Notes: generated by a model from the sequence alone, not told the origin. A stretch of DNA of 64,000 bases from Clostridia bacterium (GCA_036654235.1 JAVVSK010000005.1:31650-95649), one strand, 5' to 3'; counted from the stretch's first letter, positions 40,885 to 52,200 are shown. Program-made: numbers and translations.

Positions 40885-40993
40885 GATTGCTTTGTGCTAT
40901 ACTTTGCCGACGCTAATGAGAATGAGTAGAGTGGGGTGTTTTGTGTTTATGGGCTTAGATTGCTTTGCGCTATACTTTGCCGACGCTAATGAG
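40885..40993 (+). repeat. Two 36-nt direct repeats (1 mismatch), 73 bp apart, at the nadK 5' end
   Basis: GATTGCTTTG(T/C)GCTATACTTTGCCGACGCTAATGAG at 40885-40920 and 40958-40993. Confidence 0.9.
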
Positions 40994-41770
40994 GGCGTTT
41001 TCCCGGGAGTTGTATCTGTTGTTGACGTTGCTGTCAGATGTGGATTTATACCTGTGGCGAACGAAAAGCTTAGAAAGCGAATTCCCGACCCTCGAATTCT
41101 CGCCTTAGAAACCAATAATCCAAGCTTTGTTGTTGCCATAGGCGGTGATGGAACTATTTTGAACGCCGCAACGGATAAAGCACTTTTTAATCTTCCCATA
41201 CTCGGCGTGAATAAAGGGCGTCTGGGCTTTTTAACTGAAGTTGAATTGTTCGAATTTAAAGACGCATTGATCGCTATAAAGGAAAAAAGATTTTCGACAA
41301 AAGGTCGCATGATGCTCTCATGCGAGCTTCCCGATGGAACTATGCTAACCTGTCTTAACGACATGATAGTCTATAAAAATAATTTTACGGGAGTTACATA
41401 TATAGAGGTCAATATAGACGGCGAATTTGTCGGGAAGATATCTTGCGACGGACTTATTATTGGAACCCCTACCGGAGCTACCGCATATTCGCTTTCCGCC
41501 GGTGGTCCTATAATTGCTTCCAATTATGAAGCTATACTTATAACGCCGATTTGTCCGCACACGCTTTCAATTCGCCCCATCGTCACCTCACCTAACGCTA
41601 AGGTTGAGCTCGTCGTAAGCGCGAACGCCTTACTCTCTGCCGACGGAGCGGAGGGCTTACCACTCAATAAATCGGAACACATTATCATAGAAAGATTTGA
41701 ATCAAAGCGAGATTTTATTGTTCTTAAAGAGCGCAATTTGTATGAGCTTATTAAGGCAAAGTTGACATAA
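40949..41770 (+). CDS. nadK: NAD kinase
   Basis: VVAIGGDGTILNAA, GVNKGRLGFLTE, PTGATAYSLSAGGPI. ATG 40949 gives a family-typical length. The track ORF (from 40859) adds 30 codons that read through repeat copy 1 in a different frame. Confidence 0.85.
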   Translation: MGLDCFALYFADANEGVFPGVVSVVDVAVRCGFIPVANEKLRKRIPDPRILALETNNPSFVVAIGGDGTILNAATDKALFNLPILGVNKGRLGFLTEVELFEFKDALIAIKEKRFSTKGRMMLSCELPDGTMLTCLNDMIVYKNNFTGVTYIEVNIDGEFVGKISCDGLIIGTPTGATAYSLSAGGPIIASNYEAILITPICPHTLSIRPIVTSPNAKVELVVSANALLSADGAEGLPLNKSEHIIIERFESKRDFIVLKERNLYELIKAKLT

Positions 41771-41784
41771 ACGAGGAGAGAAGA

Positions 41785-42234
41785 ATGAAAGCAGCAAGAC
41801 ATGCAATGATTTACAAGCTTATAGAACAAAACGAGATTGAAACGCAGGAGGATCTTCTGGAGTTATTAATAGAAAACGGTTTTAACGTAACTCAAGCGAC
41901 TGTTTCACGAGATATAAAAGAGCTAAAGCTAGTAAAAGCAATGTCCAAAGATGGAACAAATTATAGATATTCAACGGTTGAAACGGATGATACTTTGAGG
42001 CGCGAACTTTTGTTGCAGCTTTTAAGAAGCTCCGTTATTTCTACTGATGTTGCCGGCAATACGGTAGTTTTAAAAACTATTTACGGCGCGGCGGGCGTAG
42101 TTGCTGAAGGCTTGGATTCATTGCGTTGGGAAGATATAGTAGGTACGGTTGCCGGAATAAATACTATATTCGTTGCCGTTCGAACGCCCAACGTAGCCCA
42201 TGAACTCGTTGAAAAAATTAGAAAGCTCATATAG
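41785..42234 (+). CDS. argR: Arginine repressor
   Basis: RHAMIYKLIEQNEIETQEDLLELLIENGFNVTQATVSRDIKEL (winged helix) and C-terminal GTVAG.NTIFV oligomerisation motif. Confidence 0.92.
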   Translation: MKAARHAMIYKLIEQNEIETQEDLLELLIENGFNVTQATVSRDIKELKLVKAMSKDGTNYRYSTVETDDTLRRELLLQLLRSSVISTDVAGNTVVLKTIYGAAGVVAEGLDSLRWEDIVGTVAGINTIFVAVRTPNVAHELVEKIRKLI

Positions 42235-42250
42235 AGCGCTTTGAAATAAT

Positions 42251-43909
42251 ATGCTTGTACGTTTGTTTGCTGAAAATATTGCGCTTATAGACAGCCTAGA
42301 GGTTGAGTTTGATAAAAGCTTCAATTGCCTTACGGGTGAGACCGGCGCGGGAAAATCCATAATAATTGGAGCTTTAAACCTCGCCCTCGGCGAAAGATTT
42401 AGAAGTGAACATATAAAGTTTGGGAAAGCCAAAGCACGCGTTGAACTTTTATTTGACGTGTCTAATGATAAAACTGTTTTAAAAAGACTCAATGAGCTTG
42501 AAATAGACGTTGAAAGCGGCGAGCTATATATATCGCGTGATTTTTCTAGATCCGGTAAAAGTATTTCAAGATTGAACGGAGAAATCGTTACACTGGCTGC
42601 CTTAAAATCGATATCCGACTTACTTGTTGATGTTCATGGGCAACATGAACATCAATCTTTACTACAAAAGGACAATCATATTGGATTTTTAGACGCTTTT
42701 TCTCACACTGAAACGGCCGAACTTAAAAGAAACGTCGCTCAAGCTGCAGAAAAATGCGAAAAGCTTAGCGTCGCTATGCATAGCGGTTTTATTTCAGAAG
42801 CCGAACGCGCACGCCGAATAGATATGCTTACTTATCAAATTGAAGAAATAAGCCGTGCAAAATTAAAATCAGACGATGAGGATAAACTCAACCGCGAGTT
42901 AGCTCTATTGAGTAATGCGGAAAAAATTAATACCGCGCTAAACTCTGCGTATAACGCGATTTCAATAGACATGGGCGCTAAAGAGCTGTTATCCGTCGCA
43001 ATGAATGACCTTTCTTCAATCTCAGCTTATGATCCCGAATATGATGATCTTTATAATAAACTTTCCGAGGCTTATTATACGCTTGAAGAAATATCCTATT
43101 CTATTTCAAATATAAAGGACAATGTTTTATTCGACGAAAAACGTTTAAACGTAATTGAACGTCGTTTAGACCTTATTACGGGCTTGAAAAAGAAATATGG
43201 CGCTACTCTTAATGAGGTAATAGCGTTTTTTGATAATTTAAAAATTGAGCTTACGGAACTAAAAAATGGTGAGGAAACGCGCCTTAGATTTCAAACTGCC
43301 CTTGAAGAATCAAAAGATAAATATTATTTCTTAGCGGACCAGCTCAGTGCAATGCGAAAAAGTACGGCTATTGAGTTTTCCGAGTCCGTTATGAAGGAGC
43401 TTAGCGACCTTGGGCTAAGTGGCGCACAATTTTCAGTACGTTTCATTGAAGGGAAAAAAATCATAGCCGCAAACGGATATGACGACGTTGAGTTTTTTAT
43501 TTCAACTAATCGCGGGGATCCTGAAAAACCTCTCGCGAAAGTTGCGTCTGGCGGCGAGGTTTCTCGTATAATGTTAGCGCTAAAGTCTATTATGGCTGAA
43601 AAAGATTCTATATCGACGATGATTTTTGACGAAATAGATACCGGCATAAGTGGCAAAATAGCAACGATTGTTGGAAATAAAATGAAAAACATATCAAAGA
43701 CGCACCAATTAATAGTTATAACGCATCTTCCGCAAATAGCGGCAAAAGCAAAGGCGCATTTTCTCGTTGAAAAACATGATGGCGAAGCCGTAAGTACAAC
43801 TCTCAGAAAACTAGCGCTTGAGGAAAGATACATTGAAATCGCACGAATAATGGGCGGAGAGGATTCAATGTCCGCTAGAGCGCATGCTAGGGAACTTATT
43901 GAAAATTAA
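42251..43909 (+). CDS. recN: DNA repair protein RecN
   Basis: LTGETGAGKSII Walker A, coiled-coil middle, ASGGEVSRIMLALK signature, and IFDEIDTGISG Walker B. Confidence 0.93.
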   Translation: MLVRLFAENIALIDSLEVEFDKSFNCLTGETGAGKSIIIGALNLALGERFRSEHIKFGKAKARVELLFDVSNDKTVLKRLNELEIDVESGELYISRDFSRSGKSISRLNGEIVTLAALKSISDLLVDVHGQHEHQSLLQKDNHIGFLDAFSHTETAELKRNVAQAAEKCEKLSVAMHSGFISEAERARRIDMLTYQIEEISRAKLKSDDEDKLNRELALLSNAEKINTALNSAYNAISIDMGAKELLSVAMNDLSSISAYDPEYDDLYNKLSEAYYTLEEISYSISNIKDNVLFDEKRLNVIERRLDLITGLKKKYGATLNEVIAFFDNLKIELTELKNGEETRLRFQTALEESKDKYYFLADQLSAMRKSTAIEFSESVMKELSDLGLSGAQFSVRFIEGKKIIAANGYDDVEFFISTNRGDPEKPLAKVASGGEVSRIMLALKSIMAEKDSISTMIFDEIDTGISGKIATIVGNKMKNISKTHQLIVITHLPQIAAKAKAHFLVEKHDGEAVSTTLRKLALEERYIEIARIMGGEDSMSARAHARELIEN

Positions 43910-43960
43910 AATAAGGCATATATAAAATAGTGTGCGACTCCCCTACCCTATTATGAAGTT

Positions 43961-43997
43961 AACTCTCTGAAGCTTTCGGCTTCAGAGAGTTTTTTTA
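43961..43997 (+). terminator. Rho-independent terminator after recN
   Basis: AACTCTCTGAAGC-tttcg-GCTTCAGAGAGTT followed by TTTTT. Confidence 0.75.
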
Positions 43998-44113
43998 TTG
44001 TGCGTTTAAACAAAAAACATAACTGTATTAATGGGAATGAGATTATGCCAAATTTGCAATTTTAACTGATGTTTTTTGCATTATAACATTTTTTATTATA
44101 TTTTGACAAATAT

Positions 44114-45139
44114 TTATTCAAAATTTATATTAGCTATTAGCATGTCATCTGAAAATTCAAACCTCAATAGCTTTGCAAAAAACCTATTTTTAACATTAGT
44201 ATCCCTTCTCAAAATTCCTGCACAAACACCAGATTGTTCAGTTATTGGCGACTTTACAATACTAAATTCTCCAAACATCGTTCTTATTTCTTCAACGTCA
44301 GCGTCTCTAAGATTGGAAGTCAAAAATGATAACGCCTCATCATCTCTCCTATCTCGCACTGCCTCGCAAAACGCTATAGCGAGACTCTTTTCGTCCTCCG
44401 GTTGTTTTCTCTGATGCGTATAAAATCCATTTTCTTTGCAGAAAATTTCAAACTTTTTATCGTCAAATTTATACTTTGTTATCTCCTCATGACCTACTAT
44501 TGAATCTAATTTTCTGGTTGTATATGGATTTGCATCCATGAATCCGACGCTATCGCCGCATTCGTCAAAGAGAGTGTTAAGGTCGAGGTCAAAAATAATC
44601 ATGCGCTCACCTAGCTCACACTTTACCTTTACTACACAAAATAGTTTTTTCCCATTTGTCATAGTTTCCATCGTACCATCTGTAAAGTTGCCAATTGCGC
44701 GCCCAAACAATTGAATACCGTTTTCTTCCATAAGTATTCTAAGCCCATTGTCATAGTAAAGTGTAAATACTCGGTTTTCAGATTTTACCTCAATACTCTC
44801 TATTACGCATGGATATTGCAATATAGTAAACGGTGAAATTACGCCAACACTTATATATAACTCGATTATTCCCCCTTGCCATTCTGTCACTATTACATCG
44901 TCGGGCATATCACCCTGAATAGCGCCGTCTTTTAAGGATATTTTTCGTGTTACGGAATAATAGAGCTTATCAGGATTGTTTTTTAACGGTATTACCGATA
45001 TATAGTACTCTCCATCCGACGAGAGTGGGTGAGCTAAATAGCTTTTATCCGTGACCTCGCCTATCATTCTCCCATTAATCTCGACGACACATGTCACATT
45101 TGATGTTATCAAAAAAAGCGGCACCGGCACGTCTATCAA
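44114..45139 (-). CDS. Hypothetical cytoplasmic protein (341 aa), co-directional with feoA
   Basis: Long ORF. TTG start lies 8 nt after GGAGG. No TM segment or motif I recognise. Confidence 0.55.
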   Translation of the reverse strand: MIDVPVPLFLITSNVTCVVEINGRMIGEVTDKSYLAHPLSSDGEYYISVIPLKNNPDKLYYSVTRKISLKDGAIQGDMPDDVIVTEWQGGIIELYISVGVISPFTILQYPCVIESIEVKSENRVFTLYYDNGLRILMEENGIQLFGRAIGNFTDGTMETMTNGKKLFCVVKVKCELGERMIIFDLDLNTLFDECGDSVGFMDANPYTTRKLDSIVGHEEITKYKFDDKKFEIFCKENGFYTHQRKQPEDEKSLAIAFCEAVRDRRDDEALSFLTSNLRDADVEEIRTMFGEFSIVKSPITEQSGVCAGILRRDTNVKNRFFAKLLRFEFSDDMLIANINFE

Positions 45140-45192
45140 ATTTATTGCCTCCTTAGTTTACTACGACTTTATCTTTCTATCTATATGCTCAT

Positions 45193-45417
45193 TCACTCAA
45201 GTAATATCACATTTTGAGCATCCTCTTTTCTAATTGCAATTAAAGCGCCCCTAACCATGAACGCCGACATGCTTTCCCCGCAGCCCTTTAATATACAGCT
45301 TACGTTTGTTCCTGATATAAGCCCGATTTCAAATAGCCTACGACGCATAGTTCCGATAGATAGGATCGCTTTGACATCTCCGTCTTCGCCTATATTTAAA
45401 TCGTAGAGTGTTCTCAT
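45193..45417 (-). CDS. feoA: FeoA-family protein
   Basis: MRTLYDLNIGEDGDVKAI...RRRLFEIGLISGTNVSCI...IAIRKEDAQNVIL is an SH3-like FeoA pattern. ATG 45417 follows GAGGTGG; the track ORF is 19 codons longer. Confidence 0.8.
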   Translation of the reverse strand: MRTLYDLNIGEDGDVKAILSIGTMRRRLFEIGLISGTNVSCILKGCGESMSAFMVRGALIAIRKEDAQNVILLE

Positions 45418-45693
45418 AAATCCACCTCGCTGCAATATTATTCTTCGACAACATTTTCTGTTCATAAGCAGCATATAAATTAAAAAGCTAAAAGAAAAAG
45501 GTGAGGTAAATTTCTCACATTATCTTTTTAAGCTGTCGACAATTTATTAATATGTGAGATTAAAAGATTTTGATTTAGTGATGATTGATATTTAAGTAAT
45601 CTTAGCACGAGTTAAATAAAGAATGCTTTGATTTCTTGGTTCAACATACGCTTGCTTTTTATTTGTTACTTAAATAAACGGAGGTCAATGCAA

Positions 45694-47760
45694 ATGAAAT
45701 TACCTGAAAAAAACTTAAAGGTTGCCATTTCGGGGAATCCGAACGTAGGTAAAAGTACTTTTTTTAACGCATTGACCGGAATGCGGCAACATACGGGAAA
45801 TTGGCCGGGAAAGACTGTAGAAAGCGCCGTTGGTTATTTTAAATGCAAATCCGCTTCTTTCGAAGTTATTGACCTCCCGGGAACTTATTCCCTAATGTCT
45901 CATTCTGATGAGGAAGAGGTTGCGCGCGACTGCATCTGCTTTGACGCATTAGACGGTGTCGCCGTTATCTGCGATTCTACGGTGCTTGAACGCAATCTTA
46001 TTTTAGTTCTCCAAATACTTGAAATACGCGCGGACGCTGTAATTGCTCTAAACCTCATGGACGAAGCTAAAAAGAAAAATATTACAATAGATATCGAAAA
46101 GCTCTCCGCTACTTTAGGTACTAGTGTAATCCCCTGCACAGCGCGAAGTAAAAAGGGTCTCGATGAATTTGTTTGTGCGCTTTTTGAGGAAACTACGAAA
46201 AAAACGCCGAAAAGGATAATTATCGACTATGGAAATGCTATTGAAAGTGCACTTATACCTCTCGAAAAATATGTTTCAAGAAAACTTAGACACGATATAA
46301 ACGCGCGTTTTATCGCGCTAAAGCTCCTTGAAAACGACTATACAATGAACAAAACCATAGCAAATCGGACAGGGCTACTCTTTGATGCGGAACTAAAATC
46401 GGTGCTTGACTCGGCAAACAATATTTTGATTGAAAATAATATAGATTCGGATACCTTCAAAGAACTGGTAACGTCGACAATAGTTAAAAGAGCCGAAGAA
46501 ATAGCAAAGACTTGTTCATGCACACCGATAAATCGAAAGAATGAAAGAGATAGAAAGCTCGATAAAATTTTGACAGATAAAAAAACCGGAATCCCAATAA
46601 TGCTTCTTCTTCTGCTTTTCATACTGTTTTTAACACTTACAGGAGCTAACTATTTCTCAGGAATATTGAGCGACGGGCTGTTCTTTATAGAAGACAGGCT
46701 CTATGATTTGTTAGTCAGTATAAATGCGCCCGAATGGCTAACGGGTATATTAATCTTAGGTCTTGTTAGAACGCTTTTTTGGGTTATCTCGGTTATGCTC
46801 CCACCAATGGCCATATTTTTCCCACTTTTTACCCTGCTCGAGGATTTCGGGTATCTTCCGCGCGTCGCCTTTAATCTCGATATGTTTTTCAAAAGGTGCA
46901 GTGCCTGCGGAAAACAGGCTCTCTCAATGTGCATGGGGCTGGGCTGCAATGCTGCCGGTGTTATAGGCTGCCGCATAATAGACAGTCCACGAGAAAAGTT
47001 GATAGCAATAATAACGAACAATTTCATGCCATGTAATGGCAGATTCCCTGCATATATAACTATAATCTCGATATTTTTTGTAGGCGCGGCTGCTGGTATG
47101 CTAAGTTCGCTGCTTTCGGCAATGTTCTTGGCGCTAATAATCATCATAGGCATTTTTGCCACTTTTTTAGTTTCGTTTTTGCTTTCAAAAACACTTCTAA
47201 AGGGAGTTCCTTCATCGTTTACGCTTGAGCTTCCACCATACCGCGCACCTGAAATAGGTAAAGTCATAGTGCGCTCGATTTTCGATAGGACGCTCTTTGT
47301 TTTGGGTCGTGCTGTTATCGTCGCCGCGCCTATTGGAATAGTTATTTGGCTCATGGCAAATATAACGGTAGACGGTGGCAACCTAATTTCGATAGTTGCG
47401 AAATTTCTTGATCCTGTAGGAAAATTCATAGGGCTGGATGGTGTTATTCTGCTCGCTTTTATTCTTGCTTTTCCCGCCAATGAAATCGTAATTCCAATAG
47501 TTATAATGAGCTACATTCAAAGCGGTACTATGCTTGAGCTGGGGTCTATATATGAAATGAAAGCTCTGTTTTTAAGCTTCGGATGGACTTGGAAAACAGC
47601 CGTATGCTTTATTCTTTTTTCTTTGCTGCATTTTCCTTGTTCAACTACACTTTTAACAATAAAAAAAGAGACGGGCAGTTTAAAATGGACATTAGCGGCA
47701 TTTCTTATTCCAACGGCTTTAGGAGTTTTTACATGTGCCCTAGTCGCGCATATATTATAG
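45694..47760 (+). CDS. feoB: Ferrous iron transporter FeoB
   Basis: G-domain GNPNVGKST, DLPGTYSL, NLMD, plus a polytopic C-terminal domain. ATG 45694 (or 45688) follows GGAGG. Confidence 0.93.
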   Translation: MKLPEKNLKVAISGNPNVGKSTFFNALTGMRQHTGNWPGKTVESAVGYFKCKSASFEVIDLPGTYSLMSHSDEEEVARDCICFDALDGVAVICDSTVLERNLILVLQILEIRADAVIALNLMDEAKKKNITIDIEKLSATLGTSVIPCTARSKKGLDEFVCALFEETTKKTPKRIIIDYGNAIESALIPLEKYVSRKLRHDINARFIALKLLENDYTMNKTIANRTGLLFDAELKSVLDSANNILIENNIDSDTFKELVTSTIVKRAEEIAKTCSCTPINRKNERDRKLDKILTDKKTGIPIMLLLLLFILFLTLTGANYFSGILSDGLFFIEDRLYDLLVSINAPEWLTGILILGLVRTLFWVISVMLPPMAIFFPLFTLLEDFGYLPRVAFNLDMFFKRCSACGKQALSMCMGLGCNAAGVIGCRIIDSPREKLIAIITNNFMPCNGRFPAYITIISIFFVGAAAGMLSSLLSAMFLALIIIIGIFATFLVSFLLSKTLLKGVPSSFTLELPPYRAPEIGKVIVRSIFDRTLFVLGRAVIVAAPIGIVIWLMANITVDGGNLISIVAKFLDPVGKFIGLDGVILLAFILAFPANEIVIPIVIMSYIQSGTMLELGSIYEMKALFLSFGWTWKTAVCFILFSLLHFPCSTTLLTIKKETGSLKWTLAAFLIPTALGVFTCALVAHIL

Positions 47761-47767
47761 GCAAAAA

Positions 47768-47837
47768 TAAAAAACGCGCGACACATTCTTCATCTAAAAA
47801 ACCAATGATAAAGAACACATCGCGCGCAATTTTTTTA
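47768..47837. terminator. Long imperfect hairpin between convergent feoB and glyA
   Basis: A-run, CGCGCGA (47775-47781), inner TTCTTcATC/GATaAAGAA, TCGCGCG (47820-47826), T-run. Confidence 0.55.
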
Positions 47838-47842
47838 TTTAA

Positions 47843-49081
47843 TTATTCGTACAATGGGTGTTTTTTTGTCATGTTAATTACTGCTTCTTTAACAGCGGGA
47901 ATAGCCTCCTCGCCATCGTTGACTATTTTCGTTATAAGCTTCGCAATCTCAACCATTTCGTTTTCTTTAAAACCGCGGGTTGTAAGAGCCGGAGTTCCTA
48001 TCCTTATTCCGCTAGTAATAAAAGGACTGCGCGTTTCAAATGGTATTGTATTTTTATTTACGGTTATGTTTGCGCGAACCAAAAGATTTTCAACCTCTTT
48101 ACCGGTACGCCCGGAACTTGTAAGGTCAACAAGCATAAGATGGTTATCCGTACCGCCGGAAACTATACGCATTCCGCTTTCAACGAGAGCCGCGGCAAGA
48201 ACCTGTGCATTCTTCAAAACCTGTTTTTGATATTCTTTAAATTCCGGTTGTAAGGCTTCTTTAAAACAAACAGCCTTAGCGGCGATTATATGCATTAGTG
48301 GACCGCCCTGTGTGCCCGGGAAAATGCCCTTATCTATGTCTTTGGCTAGAGTCTCCTTGCAAAGTATAAGTCCTCCGCGAGGTCCTCTGAGCGTCTTATG
48401 GGTCGTCGTAGTTACGACATCAGCATAGGGAACGGGACTCATATGAAGTCCAGCGGCGACGAGACCGGCGATATGCGCCATGTCAACCATGAAATATGCG
48501 CCTACTTCCTTGGCAATCTCACTAATTTTTTCAAAGTCTATCTTTCTCGGATAGGCACTTGCCCCCGCAACTATCATCTTTGGCTTGTTTTCTAAAGCCA
48601 GATCTCTAAGTGTATCATAATCAATTTTTTCATCTTTTTCGCTCACGCCATAGGGCACAAAATTAAAATATTTACCCGACATGTTTACGGGGCTACCATG
48701 AGTTAAATGACCGCCATGGCTGAGATTCATGCCTAAAACCGTATCTCCCGGTTGAAGTAGCGCAAAATATACAGATAGATTTGCCTGAGCACCGCTATGC
48801 GGCTGAACATTAGCATGCTCAGCACCGAAAAGCTCTTTCGCCCTATCCCTAGCTATATTTTCAACTATATCTACACATTCACATCCGCCATAATACCTTT
48901 TTTTAGGATAACCCTCTGCGTATTTATTTGTTAAATGACTGCCCATCGCCGCCATAACAGCCTCCGAAACAAAGTTTTCGGACGCAATAAGCTCTAGGTG
49001 AGTGCGCTGACGATTAAGCTCTGCCTCCATCGCGGCAGTAATTTCAGGGTCTACCTTCCTGATAACGTCAAATTGAATCAT
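47843..49081 (-). CDS. glyA: Serine hydroxymethyltransferase
   Basis: [17 protein letters not shown], the PLP site [14 protein letters not shown], and more. ATG 49081 follows GGAG; the track ORF is 12 codons longer. Confidence 0.96.
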   Translation of the reverse strand: MIQFDVIRKVDPEITAAMEAELNRQRTHLELIASENFVSEAVMAAMGSHLTNKYAEGYPKKRYYGGCECVDIVENIARDRAKELFGAEHANVQPHSGAQANLSVYFALLQPGDTVLGMNLSHGGHLTHGSPVNMSGKYFNFVPYGVSEKDEKIDYDTLRDLALENKPKMIVAGASAYPRKIDFEKISEIAKEVGAYFMVDMAHIAGLVAAGLHMSPVPYADVVTTTTHKTLRGPRGGLILCKETLAKDIDKGIFPGTQGGPLMHIIAAKAVCFKEALQPEFKEYQKQVLKNAQVLAAALVESGMRIVSGGTDNHLMLVDLTSSGRTGKEVENLLVRANITVNKNTIPFETRSPFITSGIRIGTPALTTRGFKENEMVEIAKLITKIVNDGEEAIPAVKEAVINMTKKHPLYE

Positions 49082-49140
49082 TTTTAAACTCCATTCCCGC
49101 CGCTTATTTTGCGGCAAATTTATTCTTGCAAAACATCGTG

Positions 49141-49169
49141 ATTATAGTACGTGAGCGTAAATTTTGCAA
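49141..49169 (-). promoter_or_regulatory. Sigma-A-type promoter for glyA
   Basis: TTGCAA, 17 nt spacer, TATAAT on the minus strand, overlapping the right arm of a 10-bp inverted repeat GTGAGCGTAA/TTACGCTCAC. Confidence 0.55.
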
Positions 49170-49233
49170 GCAACAAGACTGCTCAATATTACGCTCACAA
49201 AAAAGCCATTGCTTTTTATCCTATCATTATATT

Positions 49234-52200
49234 TTAGGAGAAATATTTTACCCCCGATAGGAAAATAGAGGTATCATAATTTCCCGGAACATTAGTATAT
49301 AATCCGTCAGAATACCTTTCAGTATGACCCATTTTGCCAAGTATTCTACCGTCAAGAGAGGTTATTCCTTCGATTGCGGAAAAAGACCCAGCGGGGTTAA
49401 AGTCCGGATTCATAGACGGATTTCCATCAAGATCTACGTATTGCGTCGCAATTTGACCGTGCTTTACGAGTTTATTGAATATGCTTTTCTCGCAGACGAA
49501 GCGTCCCTCCCCATGCGAAATTGGGACACTAAAAACATCTCCGACATTGAGCGCGGAAAACCAGGGCGAAAGTACCGATGCAACGCGAGTTCTTACGATA
49601 CGGCTTTGATGCCTTCCTATTTTATTAAAAGTCAGGGTAGGCGCATCTTCTTCTGTCTCTCTAATTTCGCCATATGGAAGCAGTCCCAACTTAATTAAAG
49701 TCTGGAATCCATTACATATTCCTAAAATTAATCCGTCGCGTGCATTTAAAAGTTCATTTACAGCATCTCTTAGACGCGCTTCCCTAAATGTCGCCGCTAT
49801 AAACTTTCCTGATCCATCCGGCTCGTCTCCGGCTGAAAATCCGCCCGGAAGCATCAATATTTCAGCAGAGGCCAACTTTTTCTTCAGTTCTAATATACTG
49901 GCTTCTATATCGCTTTTTTTAGTATTACGAATTACAACGGTTTCAACTCTGGCACCTGCTCTCAAAAATGCATTTTCACTTTCAACTTCACAGTTTGTGC
50001 CCGGAAAAACAGGAATTACAACCCTGGGTTTAGCGTATGAGACAGTAGGACTAACGATAGAACGTTTTTTAAATGAAAGAGTAGTAATATCCTCCACATC
50101 CGAATATGGCTTAACGGGAAAAACAGATTCCAACGGCTCATTGTAAGCATCTAACGCTTCGCTTAACGTAAAAACAATATCGCCATTCACCCGTATATCC
50201 GCGTCATCGGTCAATTGACCGATCTGTTTTGCTCCGAGTTCAATTAATTCAAAAGGCATCGGCTGTTCACCCGATAATTCAAACATTACACCTTGATGCT
50301 CGGTATTAAATAGATTTTCATTACCGATTAGGTTAACTCCTATATTGTTTCCGAAGGTCGACTTAGCTATTGCGGTCGCTAAAGGCTCGGCTCCAAGTGA
50401 ATAAGCGGAAAGTATCTTCTTAGCTGAAATAGAAGCTGTAATAGTATGGCAGAGCTTTAAGACAGCCGCGAAGTTAACAACTCCATCCGCGTCTACCGGA
50501 AGACGTACAAGATAGAGTGCATTTCCCGCACGTTTAAATTCGCAGGAGATGACGTTTCGCATATCCGTCGGAGTAACTGCAAAGCTAACAAGAGTAGGCG
50601 GTACGTTTATATCAAGGAAAGTTCCGCTCATTGAATCTTTTCCTCCGATAGAGGCAATATTAAGATTTATTTGCGCAAGATATGCGCCAAGTAGCGCTGA
50701 AAAAGGCTTACTCCAGCGACTTTCATCCGTATAAAGCTTTTCAAAATATTCTTGGAAAGTAAGGCGCGCCTCGCCTATATCTCCACCCGCACAAGCTGTT
50801 TTAATTATAGATTCGACAACTGCAAAAATCGCTCCCAAAAACGGGCTTTTTGTCGAAATTTCAGGATCAAAGCCAAATGTTGTTATACTTCCCGTATTCG
50901 TCGTACCATATCTAAGCGGGAGACGCGCCGCCATACTTTGAATAGGAGTTAGCTGACGCACCCCTGCAAAAGGCATGAGTACGGTATAAGCGCCGATCGT
51001 TGAATCGAATCTTTCAACCAATCCACGTTGAGACGATGATTTAATATCCTTCAAAGATAACAGCCATTTTTCCTTTAACAAACCCGAATTCGTCTCTGCT
51101 TTTTCATCGCAAATTCGCGCGTTAACCCTTATATTTTGCTCACCTAAAACGCCGTTGGTATCTAAAAATTCGCGAGATAGCTCAACTATCTTTTTCCCGC
51201 GCCAAAGCATCGTCATCATTGCGTCATCCGTAACGGCGGCAATCTCGGTACATTCAAGATTTTCAAGCTCCGCAAGCTCCTTGAATTTTAAAACATTTTC
51301 CTTCGAAACTACGACCGCCATACGCTCCTGTGACTCTGAAATAGCTATTTCTGTTCCATCAAGACCGTCGTACTTTTTACGAACCTTATCCAAATCTATT
51401 AAAAGCCCATCTGCAAGTTCGCCAACAGCAACAGAAACTCCACCCGCTCCGAAATCATTACAGCACTTTATAAGCTTAGCCGCCGTTTCGTTTCTAAACA
51501 ATCTTTGGATTTTGCGTTCAGTCAATGGGTTTCCTTTTTGTACCTCCGCTCCGCAGTTGAGGATTGAGTCCTCAGTATGCGCCTTTGATGATCCGGTCGC
51601 CCCTCCGCAACCATCGCGCCCTGTTCTTCCGCCAACCAATAATACGGCATCTCCAGGAATAGGCTTTTCTCTGACCACGTTTTCTTTTTTAGCGGCGGCT
51701 ATAACAACGCCTATTTCCATTCGCTTAGCGACGTAGCCCTTATGATAAAACTCATGAACACAGCCCGTCGCCAATCCTATTTGATTTCCGTATGAGCTGT
51801 AGCCGTTGGCAGCTCCCGTTGTAATCGCCCTTTGCGGGAGCTTTCCTTTTATCGTATCCGAAAAAGAGGTTCTCGGGTCGCCCGCACCCGTTATACGCAT
51901 AGCCTGATGAACATAAGCTCGTCCCGAAAGCGGATCGCGGATTGCTCCTCCTAAACAGGTCGCCGCACCGCCAAAAGGTTCAATCTCTGTCGGATGATTA
52001 TGCGTTTCGTTTTTAAACATCAATAGGTAAGGTTCTTTTTTCCCATCCACATCCGCTTGAACCTCAATTGAACATGCGTTTATTTCTTCCGAAATATCGA
52101 GGTTATTTAGTACTTTTCGCGATTTTAAAAGCTTACCCGGTACTGTCGCTATATCCATGAGGCAAATAGGCTTCCTTTTGATTTTTTCTCCGTAAAGCTC

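Noticed and set aside
45560-45600. Possible Fur box in the feoA/feoB spacer (TTTAGTGATGATTGATATTT).
   Set aside because: By eye it matches about 10 of 15 positions of the 7-1-7 TGATAAT-N-ATTATCA consensus. In AT-rich DNA this is too weak to call.
46701-47480. 259-aa ORF antisense to feoB. Similar cases: 51155-51736 antisense to purL, 9419-9955 antisense to the ttcA-like gene, 40897-41364 antisense to nadK, 47583-48230, and 43324-43833.
   Set aside because: These are shadow ORFs inside strongly supported genes. Their translations are low-complexity (Ser/Pro/Ile-rich) and they have no RBS or recognisable motifs.
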